From Phoronis australis (Eukaryota > Animalia > Phoronida), in NCBI GenBank assembly GCA_002633005.1, contig NMRA01000101.1:558001-622000 (forward strand): 64,000 bases of DNA, given 5' to 3'. Numbering within the stretch: position 1 is the stretch's first letter; every line of letters starts with the position of its first letter. Positions 25,296 through 38,465 of the stretch are shown piece after piece. The translations under genes were made by a program, and so were the position numbers. Under the pieces are notes generated by a model. That model did not search any database and was not told where the DNA came from. It saw only the letters and a program-made list of their open reading frames with translations.

Positions 25296-27292
25296 AGAAG
25301 AATGTTCCCTTTACTAGCAAACGTTGCTTGTGTCGAATTCGCTGTCAAATGTATAAAGTACTGAGAGCGAATGTTGTTTTTCTTTTCCCCCATACGAATG
25401 CGATACAAATTTACATTTACAACCGGGTGTAGATTTGTGTATATTTTACATTCAGCTGAAAATGTGCTGCATATGAACTGGGCTATAGCCGCAGAATGAC
25501 GCAAAGTAGCGGCATTGTTTTCGCACCAATTGAAATTTTGTAAGCGACACATTCAGTATTCATTAATACTTGTTGGCAATGTCAAGGTAAAGACTTCTCT
25601 GCAGTAATCCTTGGAGGCACGTTCTAGATCTAAGGAAAATGTCGCAGCGACTCCGTGATCTCGAGCCCCGGGTCTCACACATTTGTCCGTGCGTTTCAAC
25701 AACTGGCCACAGGCATGAACTGGTCGTAGTTTTTATTATCTAATATCGCATTCGGGACTACAGGTACGTGAATACACCAATTTGAACTGATGCCAGAAAG
25801 GCACTGGAACAAAAGTCGAGCGACTGGGCTAACCAGACGAGATCCATGTTATGCTTTTGAAGCTTCGTTTTGGCACTGGAATGTTAACCATGCAATGTCT
25901 TTTGTTTCAGAACACTTGGAAAGAACTGTTGCAACAAATTACACTTTACCGAAGAAAAATCGCTGACCGTAACACTATCAGATAAAGTGAAAGTAATAAT
26001 TTTCATGCTTCGCTTCGTCACACCTGGAAATAACACATGAAAATCAGCCAGTGAATCAGTACAACCGATTGTCTTGTTCAATAGCTTAAAGTGTTATCGA
26101 AAACGAGCAGAGTGAAATTTGTACTCTTTTAAAAATACGAATTTATACATGTTATGCATTACATATACTGTACACGTTATTTAACACCCTGGTTCTTCTA
26201 GTCATCATGGTCCATCTCATGTTACGGCGGTCGCATAAATTTACCACAATTTGGTTTGGAAAACCTTACGGGTATTGGCCTCTGTCTTCACCTGTGGGAA
26301 ATTTCATAATACTCACAACGAGTCGTTTAAGGTGTGTTGTTCTTGAATATTTTTACGAGAAATTTATTACTCCACATGAATGGACGCTGTCAAAAGGTTG
26401 AGATATTACAAATTTAAAATAACACCAGCAGGTCCCTGGCTGCTGAGGCATGACCTCTTGAAAGGCATGTCGTTTACGGATGAGGTATGAGCAAAATATG
26501 TATACTTACTATTTGTTATAGTGACGTGGATGCATAGCATAATGCAACACAAAAGCGAATATATTTTTGATGCAATACATCCCCAGTGTCTTGGGCTTAT
26601 AAATCACCTGATACCAGTGCAAGCGGTTATGCACAATACAGTCTATGCCTGCTGCAATCTGGTGCCCTAATCAAAAACTTCGCAAAACCTGTTGTGTAAT
26701 TTAGAACCAAGATAACTTGGGAACTCCGTTCTTAAACTATTATATCTGGTGAAAACGAATGTAAAATATATTTCGTCTTCAATAAAAGTTAGGCAAAATT
26801 CCTGACATCACTGTGCTAACACAGATCTCAACGTAACGCGAAGAAATAGATTAGTCCGACTTGAAAGTGTTATAGAAACATGTGTCAATGTTGTGGCTGA
26901 GATATCAATACGACAAGTAGGTACTTGTTTGTTTTAGTGTCATCGCAGAGATGGTAACTCGGCGAACACTACGAAGTGCGAAATTGTCGGTCAATCGTTG
27001 GACAGTGTACGGCTGGAGCTCAGAAGTGTAGTACACATAAATCATGCAAAGGTATGAGAAATTCAGGAAGGTAAATTAGTTTTAGATTTTTTAAAGAGTT
27101 GCATTCTTTTAGTTTTGATGAATAAATTAAGCTCTAGACAACTCATTAAACTCTCGTTTCTGTGACAACACTGCGACCACGTACATGTAAATCACTGGGT
27201 AGCGTGTTTTAAGTTTTCTGTTGCACCCTAATGTCGTACAAGAGTTAACGTCACTGGAAGGAGACATGTGTGCAAGGAAACTTTTAGTAAAT

Positions 27293-27439
27293 CATGGGCA
27301 GCGCACCATAGGGGATGAGGGCCATAGCCCCCATTCATTTCAGTGCTGCGCCGCCCATGGTCCATGGGCGGTGCACCACAGGTGGGGGGGGGGCTGAGAC
27401 CCATAGCCTCCCACTTTTTTCAGTGCTGCGCAGCCCACG
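27293..27439. mobile_element. Tandem dimer of a tiny (~70-bp) MITE with CATGGGCGGCGCA TIRs
   Basis: Two copies (27293-27359, 27363-27439), each bounded by CATGGGC...GCCCA(T/C)G. Outer flanks TAAAT/GAAAT are a near-match 5-bp TSD. Same family as 38378-38465. Confidence 0.75.
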
Positions 27440-29613
27440 GAAATTTACCAGCATTCGTCGCTCAGTTAATAAGAACTAAGAAATTATTGTTGTACTGTAA
27501 ATCAAACAGGTGAAGATATTACAAAAATCGTGAAAGGTGGGAGTCAACCAGCCAGGTTTTTTACAAGTCCAAAGTATCTGAAGGGTACCCGAATTTCCAG
27601 TTAAATTTCAACCTCCCTCCTGATAATGTTAACGATATAGCCACGACTCAGCACAAATAGATCAAAATCTATCACAAATCAAGCAAATGCCATCCGTAGC
27701 CTTCACGCGAAGTATAAAAATCAAAATGCCCAGCCAACATATCAGGCGCCAATTTTTAATGAAATTGTGTGAGGCCAACCGTGGCTAAAAAAAGCAGAGA
27801 AAAGTGACGTCCAGTAATTAGAAACAGAAATGGTCACTTGGAATTGCTTTGAAGACCGGTATTATGAGACAATGTCATGATTTTTAGTCTGAAAATACGG
27901 CATGTGAATATAAGCGGATTGGATCTGCAGACAATACACGCTAGCATTGCCTTACGAAGGAAATGACAATGTTGTCCATCGCGTTCGTGCGTGACAGAGC
28001 ACAACCTCAGCCTCACTATCACTGCCTCGGTAATTTATATATATTCTATTCTTAAGGTAAGTAAAATAAGTAAACCATTTATTTTACATCGGTATGGAAA
28101 ATACATATATCAGAAATCACAGCAGCAATTGACCTCATTTACAATTCATTACTGCGCCTGGTGCCCAACTTTGTCCTGTAGATAACACTTTTCTAACCCT
28201 AGGATAAGTTGTAACGCACTAAAATTTATACATGTAGGTAAAAGCCACTCTACGCAGTGGTTCTGATGTGAGTTTTTGACAGACTTGTCGTAAATCATGC
28301 ATTATCGCAAATCCGTGATAGCTATACACAAGATAGACGAGTGTGTATTATACAAGAAGCGTGAAGAACCACAGACAGACTCCTTCTACACGAATTCAAC
28401 CTGAAACAACAGTTGGTAATACCAACAGTAAATACAAATGATTACCGTTATAAAAGCACCTTTTTCATTATATCGGTTTCAAAAAAAACACCATACAAAC
28501 GTGTGTAATTACTGTTACTCATATCCCCGACTTCATGCTGGTGCCTGCATGACGTCGTACTTTATAAACACAGAATTTCAAGTCACATACTTTGCCATCT
28601 TTAGAAACTCTATTTGTTATGGAAGGGTTTTACACTTTGCTAACATGGGCAGCTCTCAACTTTGTACAATTTCACCACGAGGGAACTACAGCGCTTTTAG
28701 TGCAGACGGAAACATAATGTTGGAGTTGCAAAGCCGGTATTTTGACTTATATTATACCTTAACTAACAGGTTTGACAATAGTTACGCTTTCTTAATTACT
28801 CATGGTTCACCTGCATCCAAAATGTAATTCAACATACCTGACAAGTAACTATGACAACATGTGTATAGAAATATAACATACATACAATGTATGTCGGTCC
28901 TTTCACATTTATAGCACAAAGTGGGTCGATTGAACAAGTGATTGCATACAGTGTATATATATATATGTGTGTGCGTGTGAATACACACTACATATATACA
29001 TGTACATATACAGACATAAGGGCTATGGCTATTGATTAGGTCTAACTAGTGAGTAACGCAAATATGCTGGCAGATGTTACATCTGATAAAACTAAACTAC
29101 ACCAGAAAACAAATAGAGGAATTTCAGCAACTTCATATGCCCGAGATACAGCCCAATCAATACAATAGAACTGTAGTTTAATAAGAAGTTTAGTAATTTG
29201 TTAGTAAAGCAGGACATCTAGTAATTTGCTTAGTGTTGAGTTCATACTTATAGAAGACATAGCTTTTTCTAATTTGACTTGATGTATAATGAGGCAAATA
29301 ACGCCTCTCCACAACTGTTTAGCCTAATACTAGCTTTAATTTAACACACAGAGGCAAATTCTCATTTTATTTAAAAAGCTGTATCAGCAGGTAAGCCCGA
29401 AAATAGCATAATTGGTTTCGGCTAAATGTTGCGGTGGCGAGGTATTGTTAATTTTTTATTTAGAAGTTGAAATGGGCAGGCACTCTTCTTCATTGTCACC
29501 TGATCCCAGGTGAAATGGGTTGGAATCCTGTTTTTCAAAAGAGGGTCACCTTCCAAATGAATCGGGCTTAGACCAGAATTAATCATGCTATTTTGGGCCT
29601 GTAACACGTTGTG

Positions 29614-31041
29614 TCAGCGGTAACCAAAGCCCACGTCAGTAGGTTGAATTCCAGAACGGAGAAGTCGTTTTTGACTGCTGTTACGGAATTCAGTAGCACT
29701 CTGTGGCCGATAAGCAGGCATCATGGACTGACCATTTCTCATCTGCTGGTGAAATCCTGAGGTGGGAGTGGTCTGAGACAGAAGGTCGCTGGGAGGGTCA
29801 AATTCTACACCATCCGGACCTGTGACGCTGCGCCTGTGTTTGCCACTACGCTGTCGAACGGTGTCGCCGTGATAGTTGGGACTAAACATAGGATTGTAGC
29901 CCGCGACCTGATAGTCTTCCGATGTGTACCCTTCGTCCGTAGGTAGTCTACCACGAGACAGTCGACGTTCCATAGACGGATAATACTGCATCTCTGGGTT
30001 TGGACCAGAGTGATAGTCCTTCCCATCTGAGTGAAAAGAGTCTATGCTTTGACCGGAAGACGACTGGCGTCTCTGGTGATTTCTGTACGGATCGTTCTCA
30101 CTGGCAGAACGCTGTATGCCATTACGCTTCCAGTTGTCTTCATCTGCACTCACTGGTGACGGCAGATCATTGCTACTTCCAGTTTTGTCGCTGCTGGCTT
30201 CGTCATGTTTGTCATGTTCCCCGTTCGACGGTTGTTGGAAAACGTTTGGTCCCACAATATTTAACTGAAGGGATCTTCTAAACTTAGCGTCATCAAGCTT
30301 ACCATGCCGCCGACAGAGGGTGTCGTAATCCTTCGGAGGCAAAAGCAAAGGTTGTTTTTCCTTCATACTTAATTTCTGTTGTAATTCATCCGTGATGGAA
30401 TTCCACAGAGGTGCTGCAGGAGGTGGTGCCTCGGTAGTCCGGGAACCAATCGACAAACGATTATAGTCGCGCAGCTCGTCTTCGTGTGACCCTCGCCCAG
30501 AGTCCGAGTTTTCCAAGTAAGGTCTAGTCACTGGTTCCGTGGGGTTATTCATTCTCATGAGCAGATGTCCCTCTTGGGCCAGCTCTCTCTCAATGTTTAA
30601 TATGCGTGTTTGGTTCTCCGGTAGCTCAATTAGTTTGTTCAAGTGATTGACAAACACTGAGGCGGTCTCCTCGGAGTCACATCTGTAAACGTGGGTATGT
30701 ACGGCACATCCAGTGTATTGGTTAAATCCTAAAAATATACAGGCCACAACGTCCATGTCCGGGGACAGAGCCTGTGTAGCGAATGTCACATCCTTGGCCG
30801 GGATCGGCGGAAATTTCTTTTTCTCCGTTTTCCCCTTTCTATTGCGTACTTCCTGGGTGACTTTTATTTCTTTACTACTCACCTGTATTGTCAATCTAGG
30901 CAAGCAGTCCATCCTTCTCCGCGCCAAAAGCTCCCTGACCACTGGCTCGGTAAACTCTCTGCCGAACATTCCCGTACTTTCCTTCCAGCCAAGATATTCA
31001 ACATAATATTGAGCCTTTTTCAAGCTAACTCTGTTCGCCAT
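29614..31041 (-). CDS. PTB/PID-domain protein, gene C (475 aa from ATG 31041, single coding exon)
   Basis: Long ORF. ATG lies in an AAGATGGCG context, whereas the track start at 31125 is a TTG. PTB pattern YYVEYLGWKE..G.EFTEPVVRELL...LTIQVSSKEIKV...VACIF...HVYRCDSEETA. Tail motif ITDELQQKL...PLLLPPKDYDTL. AATAAA candidates on the minus strand near 29455 and 28078. Confidence 0.88.
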   Translation of the reverse strand: MANRVSLKKAQYYVEYLGWKESTGMFGREFTEPVVRELLARRRMDCLPRLTIQVSSKEIKVTQEVRNRKGKTEKKKFPPIPAKDVTFATQALSPDMDVVACIFLGFNQYTGCAVHTHVYRCDSEETASVFVNHLNKLIELPENQTRILNIERELAQEGHLLMRMNNPTEPVTRPYLENSDSGRGSHEDELRDYNRLSIGSRTTEAPPPAAPLWNSITDELQQKLSMKEKQPLLLPPKDYDTLCRRHGKLDDAKFRRSLQLNIVGPNVFQQPSNGEHDKHDEASSDKTGSSNDLPSPVSADEDNWKRNGIQRSASENDPYRNHQRRQSSSGQSIDSFHSDGKDYHSGPNPEMQYYPSMERRLSRGRLPTDEGYTSEDYQVAGYNPMFSPNYHGDTVRQRSGKHRRSVTGPDGVEFDPPSDLLSQTTPTSGFHQQMRNGQSMMPAYRPQSATEFRNSSQKRLLRSGIQPTDVGFGYR

Positions 31042-34000
31042 CTTGATAGCCTTCACACACAATTTAGCGACCGGCTTTATCACAAGGTTTTTACAATACG
31101 CTAACTGGTCCAGGTAAATATCCAAACTACTATGATTGCAGGTAAACGTTCACAGTGTATTATAAGCTTGACTTTGATTGCCTGCGGTGTGTATCACGCA
31201 TCACGAATGAAGTATGTCCCACACACATGTTATTTCGTGGTGGCTAAAGTGATCTCCAGACCCCAACTGTGATGCCAGCGCCATACAGTAGCTTGAATGG
31301 CTAATACCATTTGTCGCTGATAACTATCTGGGCTACGCGCTCCACTAAGCACCCACGGTCCTTGAGAATGTCTATAGTCTCGCCGCAAAATACCTTGCTT
31401 GCTTTCGAAATCTAATTATGTGACTACTGAATCCAAAATGTGCCGGTGAGCCTCCAATCAAGAATGACGAATTGCAGTAAATTATTTATCGAATAACCAA
31501 TACACATCCAGGTTACACGTTGAACTCTAACCAGGTGGCCACGAAGCTGAGGAAATCTTGTCAACGCACAACTCTCACCCCAACTTTGCGCTCCTGTTAC
31601 ACCAAATCGTTACTTAACCAGAGGGCTTTAAAAATAAAGTTCTTTATCGCATACCAATGGCTTTGTTGGCTCTCTTTCATTGATGACAATGCTCAAGAAC
31701 CAGAGTACACATCTGGGAGCGTTACACGACTGAGGAGTTTTAGGGAGAGCTTGTGGAATTTTAAATTGTCTTTCAAGAAATGGGAGGAAAGTCCATTTTG
31801 CATCTATCTCAGACCACTAGTGGTCTGAAAATCTATCAACCAATTTTGAAACCGAATACACATACAGAAGCATGTTAGGGAATAACACTAGAAAATTTTT
31901 GCAATGCTGTTTTATGAGCGTTAGATGCAGGTTGACGACCATGTAAATGCGGGATCGACTCCACTGTTAGCTCCCTGTGGTGCACCTTCAATGCATTGGT
32001 CAGATTCTCTTTACTTGACTTTTGCCTGATTGGACTGACAATGCGCCCGTTATTGATGCGCCACTGATGCGCAGTGCTGAATAGTGACCTCAGTCAGGGC
32101 CAGTCGCTAACACAGTTTATTAAGGCAACTAAATCATTATTCAGAAACTCTAACTTCAACCTGTTACAGCACAAGTCACGAACTTTGGCCCATCGGTCAG
32201 AAACGAGTTGGAAAATTAGCCGACTGGTCCGCTTATTTTTAACAGATTCGCAGCAGACCGAAAATCGACCACAGTGCCGACCACAAAACAGGCTGTTGAA
32301 TATCCCCTAAATCTACTGCGTACTTGCGGGCTTGTGAAAACACTGATTGTCCTATTTTATGCTGTTTGAGTATCATTACTATGTCAAATCGAAAGTGAAC
32401 TCTAGATTGAATTCTCAATATTATTAAGAGCTCACGATAAAATAAAATTATAGAAAAAGTGCTACATCTTTGCCTAAAGAACGAAACAAATACGAAAAAG
32501 ATTTAGGGAACTTAGTTGAGTCCCAATTTGGGACTGTTTCATGCAACCGGACAGAGGAGACCGTTGTTTGTCTGGCGTGAATAAGCTGGACGATTGCTCG
32601 ATGCCCGGTCGCCGACTTGTTACCGACCGATCCAACACTAAATCATGATCTTTGCTACATGTATACCGAGACTCGAGTAATAGTTATTCTAGAGTTGCTA
32701 CAGAGGTATTTGGTGCGACAATACAAGTAAATAAAATTAAACATATTTTTGAGCCTGGGTAGAGTTTCTTAGACGCAAAAAATTAAGGATGCTATTGTGT
32801 TCTCTGCTTTGTATTTAAATGAACGCTAGGCGTATGTCGCGGAGTCAATAAGTGTTCTTGATTTTGCGAGATTCTAGTACAGGAAGTGGGAACAAGTTCA
32901 GATGATTTTTTAATAAAAAGTGGAGGTATGTTCTTTCTAAATATTTTTTGTTTATTCACATTGAACTCAACTTTATTAGATATAACAGCAGTTTGTAAGG
33001 TGTCGAATTGTTAAGGCTTCAAATACTTTGCACTGTATGTTGAGTTTGTTTTAAGTAAGCCACCCAGCAGTCAAGGAATTTTTACGAAACTTTTTTCCCA
33101 AGTCTGCTCAAGATGTTATTTACTCAGGCACTTACCATTTATTGGTGAAAATCAAATTCCTTGTTGGTTGACGGTTTCATGATGAAACGCGTCATGTGAA
33201 ATAGTCGACGGAGAATTTTACTGACTCATTATTGCCAAGATGACACCTCGACAAGTCGTATAGTGTGTGCAGATTACTTTAGTATTAAGTGGTAGAACGC
33301 AGATTGAAATAGCAATTTGTCATTTTCTGAACCGTAAGAAAAGACACACCTGTATTTTTGTAATTAGGTCAATAAACTAATACAGAATTCCAAGGGCATA
33401 TTTGACTGCAATATATTTTAGGCTAAGGATCAAACCTGTAGCCTACTGCGATGAGTTGATACTTTCTATTGAACATGACGAAATTTTTCATGAGATTATT
33501 CATCATCTATCGGGCGAATTGGGCGAAAGCATGTTTGAGCTAGTGAAGGTGCGGCTGGGTATATGTGAATAAACAAGTTTCAAAATAAACCTCAAGCCTA
33601 TCCTTGAGGTTAATGTCTCATTACGTCAGTGGTGGGGAGAATCTCGGTTAATACAACAATGGCTAGAGGCCTGGTCTAACGGACAAAAGTTGTTTACGAT
33701 TCGTCACGACGTGCGTGGACAAAAGCGGGACAAGTTTACTAGTGAGAGGCCAACTTTTGATAAGCCAATTATAATCGTGTCGCCGAGGTCACTTCTTTGT
33801 CATTGAAAAAGGAAATGAGTTAGGGATGGGTTCCATGGACCTTACAAATTACACTTCGTTGGATGACCTCATCGGAATACCTTTAGATGACGCAGTGCCG
33901 CCCTGCCTGTGGACAAGTATTTCATTAACAAGTAAAAATGGCAGATCAATGAGCTACATATATTGGGCAGGTCTTACGTCCTCGTTTTAGTTAATATCGT

Positions 34001-37000
34001 TTTGATTGAAGCAAAAATGAATCTTTGGTACCATAGGCCGTTTATATATTATCAAAAACAGAAATTATTGGCTGTCACCAAGGTGAATACACTGATGTTA
34101 GCTTTCAGGTCTCAATGTCATACTGTGATAACAATTGCCAGAGATGGATTAGCATTGCTCTCCCGAAGTCCATGTGACTTAGCGTGAGGGCGGCACGCCG
34201 AACGAAAAGGGATATTCTACGAGGTCGACGTTATCGTACTGCGTTTTAACCAATCAGAAGACAGCAGTATCGTATAATAATACGCGACTATGGACCGATA
34301 AAGAGGCAATATCGTAGAATATTGACCGATGGTTTGTCCAAATAGTACGCAAATATGGGCCAACTCTGGATTTGCCGGTGTGATCGGCTAATGTTTGCCT
34401 TAATGAAATTTCACCAAGAACGTGTGTCTCTATCATAATCTTTTTTGCGTCCCCATTTCTTTCTTCGCAAACTCAAGTATTCGCGTTAATTGACCGGGAC
34501 CCTGTTTCCGACACTCTTTCGGAGCTGTTGTACTGTTCAAGACCACAGGATTGCTCAAGTGACTGGTGACCAAAATTACCAAGTACATTTAAAATCTGAA
34601 AAATCAATATTGGAGCAACTAATTTAGAAGCTATTCGCTGTAATCTTTACTAAGCACATTAGAAGTGCAAATTTTATCTGATAGTATGTCCAAATCAACT
34701 TGAACTGAAACTTTCGACAATACGCTCTGGTTGGACATTCACTCGTAGTATCTGTCAAAATACTACAAAAACAAACAATCACTACCAAACATATCAGCTT
34801 CGTTGACAAAGGGAAAACATTTCTGTTTCAAAGATTGTTGACTCAACAAAAAAGTGTATTATTTCCAAAAACACCGGCTGGCATTCTAAAATCGTCGCGC
34901 CACCTTTTGACCAACGATTAAGTATACCTACCATGCATCCTGTTTTTTTTTGTTAAATGTGTGAATTTAAAAATATCTTAATTTCGAATTTCATGTACAT
35001 TTTGTATTTCAAGACGTTATGCATTTCACATACATACATGTATATACAGTTGAGATGATTTGCTTTAGACAATCAAAGCATGTTCATAAAACATAACACC
35101 ATTCTGTCAAACCTTTATTGCAATAAAATGGAATTTTGTCGAACTTTAATCAGAGTTTAATTTGACGTTGTAACGCCTTGTCGCTTATTGTTTATTTGTG
35201 GAATGGATTAGTAGGACAAGCTAAATCCATGGAGTTACACCTGACGAGATTTTGTCGCGAATTTGTCGAAAATGAAAACGTGTTCCAGTTGAAAAGAAAT
35301 GGATATTTAGTGGTCCTTTTGTGCGTCGACACTTTATTGGATTTTGACATTGTCCAATGTTTAGACCACGGCACAATTTTTTATAATATCACATTATTTT
35401 TTGTTCACAAAACTAAGATTAAAAACAAATTGTACAAACAAAAATCATATTTTCAAGGAAAATGACAAACTTTGGAATCCGACGTGCCACTCTCAACAGG
35501 CTCTCTTAAGTCGAAAACTTTCAACTGATTATTTGAAAATTATTGTTACGCCGCCAAAGTCATTTCATTCTTGTCATATGGAGAATTAGTCCGTGAGAAA
35601 ACTGAAGGGCCTTCGTCATTATGCGTTTTTCACTCACATAGTATTTGCAAACTTGAATGTGTTTATTGGGTTTGTAACGATTAATCGAGATACAACCAGA
35701 AATATGGATTCGATTATCGATATTTTGATACTATTGCAATGTCATTTTCTGGTTTTGTAAGAATAGTACCGGCGGAAGCCATTGTGTGTCAAACAGCAGA
35801 CAAAATTGTCAAATTGCTGTTTTTTGAAACGGTTTACCTTCAAACCGAATGCTTTAGACACAAGCTTGGCACGAATCTTTCGTACCTCCTGTTCAGCGGA
35901 AGTTGATGTGGAACATGCGTACTTCAGTAGTAGCTGACTGTAAACACGGACGGTAGTGACCACTCATATACTGGAAGATGGAAACTTGTTCCTTTAAATG
36001 TATTTCACCAAATCTGTCGCTCTACGGTTAGAGTGATACGTCATATACCCAAATGATTGTAGGATAGCGTCGTCCAAAGCAGCAACGTTACCGGAACATG
36101 ACAATTGATATGTAAGCATTGGTCACTTCATTTTGATAGTATTTCGGCACCCTGGGTTCCAGTTTATCGTAAACTCGAGTAAACAGGTACCATCTATCCA
36201 AAATCAACCGTTACCAGATTACCGAGCTTACGTGACACTTTCTGTGTTAGATGCCTTGCATCCCACAAATCAAGGCTTTGGGATACGCACGCTTTGATTT
36301 TCGATATCCGTAAAAGGTTAATTGTATTCTCAGTGCTTAATTGGTGAAGTTGTCTCCCTTGTCACGCGTTGTGTGTTGTCGTATTTTGGCGGCTGTTAAA
36401 TCAGCTATTTCAAAAGTCCAAACACATGTTTTTTTACAATTTTGCTCAGAAATTAATGAATAATAACTCACGAGGTCAGTTATTCGCGTCCTAATTAGTA
36501 AACGCCCTATGCATTCAGATTAATTTTGTAATCCCACATGACGGATTTAGACTAACGCAAGGAGAAGGAACCATTAGTTTCGAAATAAAATGTTGGCATA
36601 ACCCCTAAAAAGGGCACGACTTTGATTTCGGGTCGTGCCCGTAAGGAAGTGGTGACCCGAGCTGTGTGACCCCATCTCCTAGTATCAATTCAGCTTAGCT
36701 CTGGCTGCAAGTGGAATAGTGTGCAATCTTGGCAACACTGCTTTTACAAGTAATGGATTGATATTCTTCGTGATTTTATTACCCATTCCCTTGTGTTTGT
36801 AGAAACGACACACATGCCGTACCTGTACGAACAGTCGACGCATTCTCAACTTGCCAGACAAAAACATGCAGCACACTGTTAAAACCTGTCGGCAAACAAA
36901 AACTAGTTTTGCTCACAATTTGCACGTCCTCTACGCACGGCGATAGGGGATAGTTATTAATCATAGTTTATCTGAGGTGAAAATTGGTAAAAAAGTATTT

Positions 37001-38377
37001 GTCTTACAAGTTCTCAAGTTTTCACATCCCCCTTTGACGGTGGTCGACCAGGTACTGTTTAGATACCTATCAGCTTGATAAAACTTGGTAAACAAACATT
37101 CAAGACGATATTACGTGTTGAGGGGAGTTACGTGTAGTTAATCGCTTCAGTGGCAATCTTACCAAACCATTCATAAAAGTTTGTCAAGCCTGGATTTGCC
37201 CTTCAGTCGACTGTGACAACAGATTATTGAAGCACTCGTTGGTTAAGGGGATAGTTAAAATGCGCCAACGCGTGATGTGTGAAAGACAGCACGGCCCTTC
37301 AGGAATGTCTGTCGTGTTAAAATAAAAGTAGACCAACACCGTTAGTGTCATTTTCTTCATCCTCGTCATCTTCGCAATCGCTCTTGCACGGGTGACGCGA
37401 CTTCCCGTCTCCGGTTTAAAGCAGTTATCCTACTGACAATACTGGAAATTCAGACACAGTGTTAGGGTGTCTGTTGAAACCATCAATTGTGCCCATATAT
37501 GTAAATGTTAGTACACGAGCTAAAATTAATAAATTCAAAGTCTTAGTGTAATTTAGACCCTATTGCTCTCGTTGTTACTGATGTTCACGACCAAATAACA
37601 CCATACTGATAAAGTTTCGTTCAGGCTACAAAATAATCCCTCACTCTCACTCAACAATAGTCACAAACTGATGATGCCCAATAACTTTATTTTGGAGCTA
37701 CAAGGTGAAAGTGCAATCACGCCTTAAAAAAGCGCAAAAGGCAAAATTGGAAATTTTGCTAATGGCAGAATGTTTTACGTCAGCGTCTCTTTTGTTGCGT
37801 TCCGTTGTCACAATTAACCCTCAAATGCCACAAATGTTTTTAGAAATATAGTAGAATCAAAAGACAAATCTGCATTGACGAACTTGCGTGTCTTTGTGAG
37901 TGTGTGAGAGGGCTAAGAGAAAATTCGAATTTGCGGAAGCTAGTGCGATGTTTACTACAGTACCACGAAATCCTCTGTGGTAGAGTATGTTATGGTTTAC
38001 GTGGATGACTGTGTAAGCCTATTTGCACTTGGTGATCCTAGCATCAAAGCTCTAACTTCGAGTATCGTCTCGGAGTCTCGAATTCTTTATCTAGTTTTTA
38101 GCTCTAATTTAGGGACCACCAATTACAAATCTGGACTACACATTCGTTTGCATAACCCATTATACTCAAGCCCAGAAAAGTAGATAATTATCTTTATTTC
38201 GTATTAAAAGACAACGGAAAACGGTAAAAATATTTTCGAGTTCGATTTCAAGTAAAAAGATTAGACACTGGGCCCGGATTTCCCGATAAACAGGCCTCTT
38301 GACTACTGCGGTACTCATACAAATCTATTGTTGAAGTTACAGGTGATGTGAAACGGCCCGAGTTTCTTACGTATACC

Positions 38378-38465
38378 CATGGGCGGCGCACCATAGGGGC
38401 TGGGGGGGGGGGGGGGGNGGGGGGGGCTACAGCTCCCCACTTATTTCGGTGCTGTGCCGCCCATG
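38378..38465. mobile_element. Tiny MITE with CATGGGCGGC TIRs and perfect 5-bp TSD (ATACC)
   Basis: ATACC|CATGGGCGGCGCACC...GGTGCTGTGCCGCCCATG|ATACC, with an internal poly-G run containing an N. Confidence 0.85.

Noticed and set aside
25640-25715. tRNA gene on the minus strand
   Set aside because: Only degenerate A/B-box-like motifs and no cloverleaf; more likely a SINE head.
28438-28827. 129-aa plus-strand ORF
   Set aside because: It lies antisense in the probable 3' UTR of PTB gene C and has no protein-like features.
36611-36682. GGGCACGAC/GTCGTGCCC hairpin as a Helitron 3' end or terminator
   Set aside because: The nearest CTAG is ~40 nt away rather than ~10 nt, and there is no other support.
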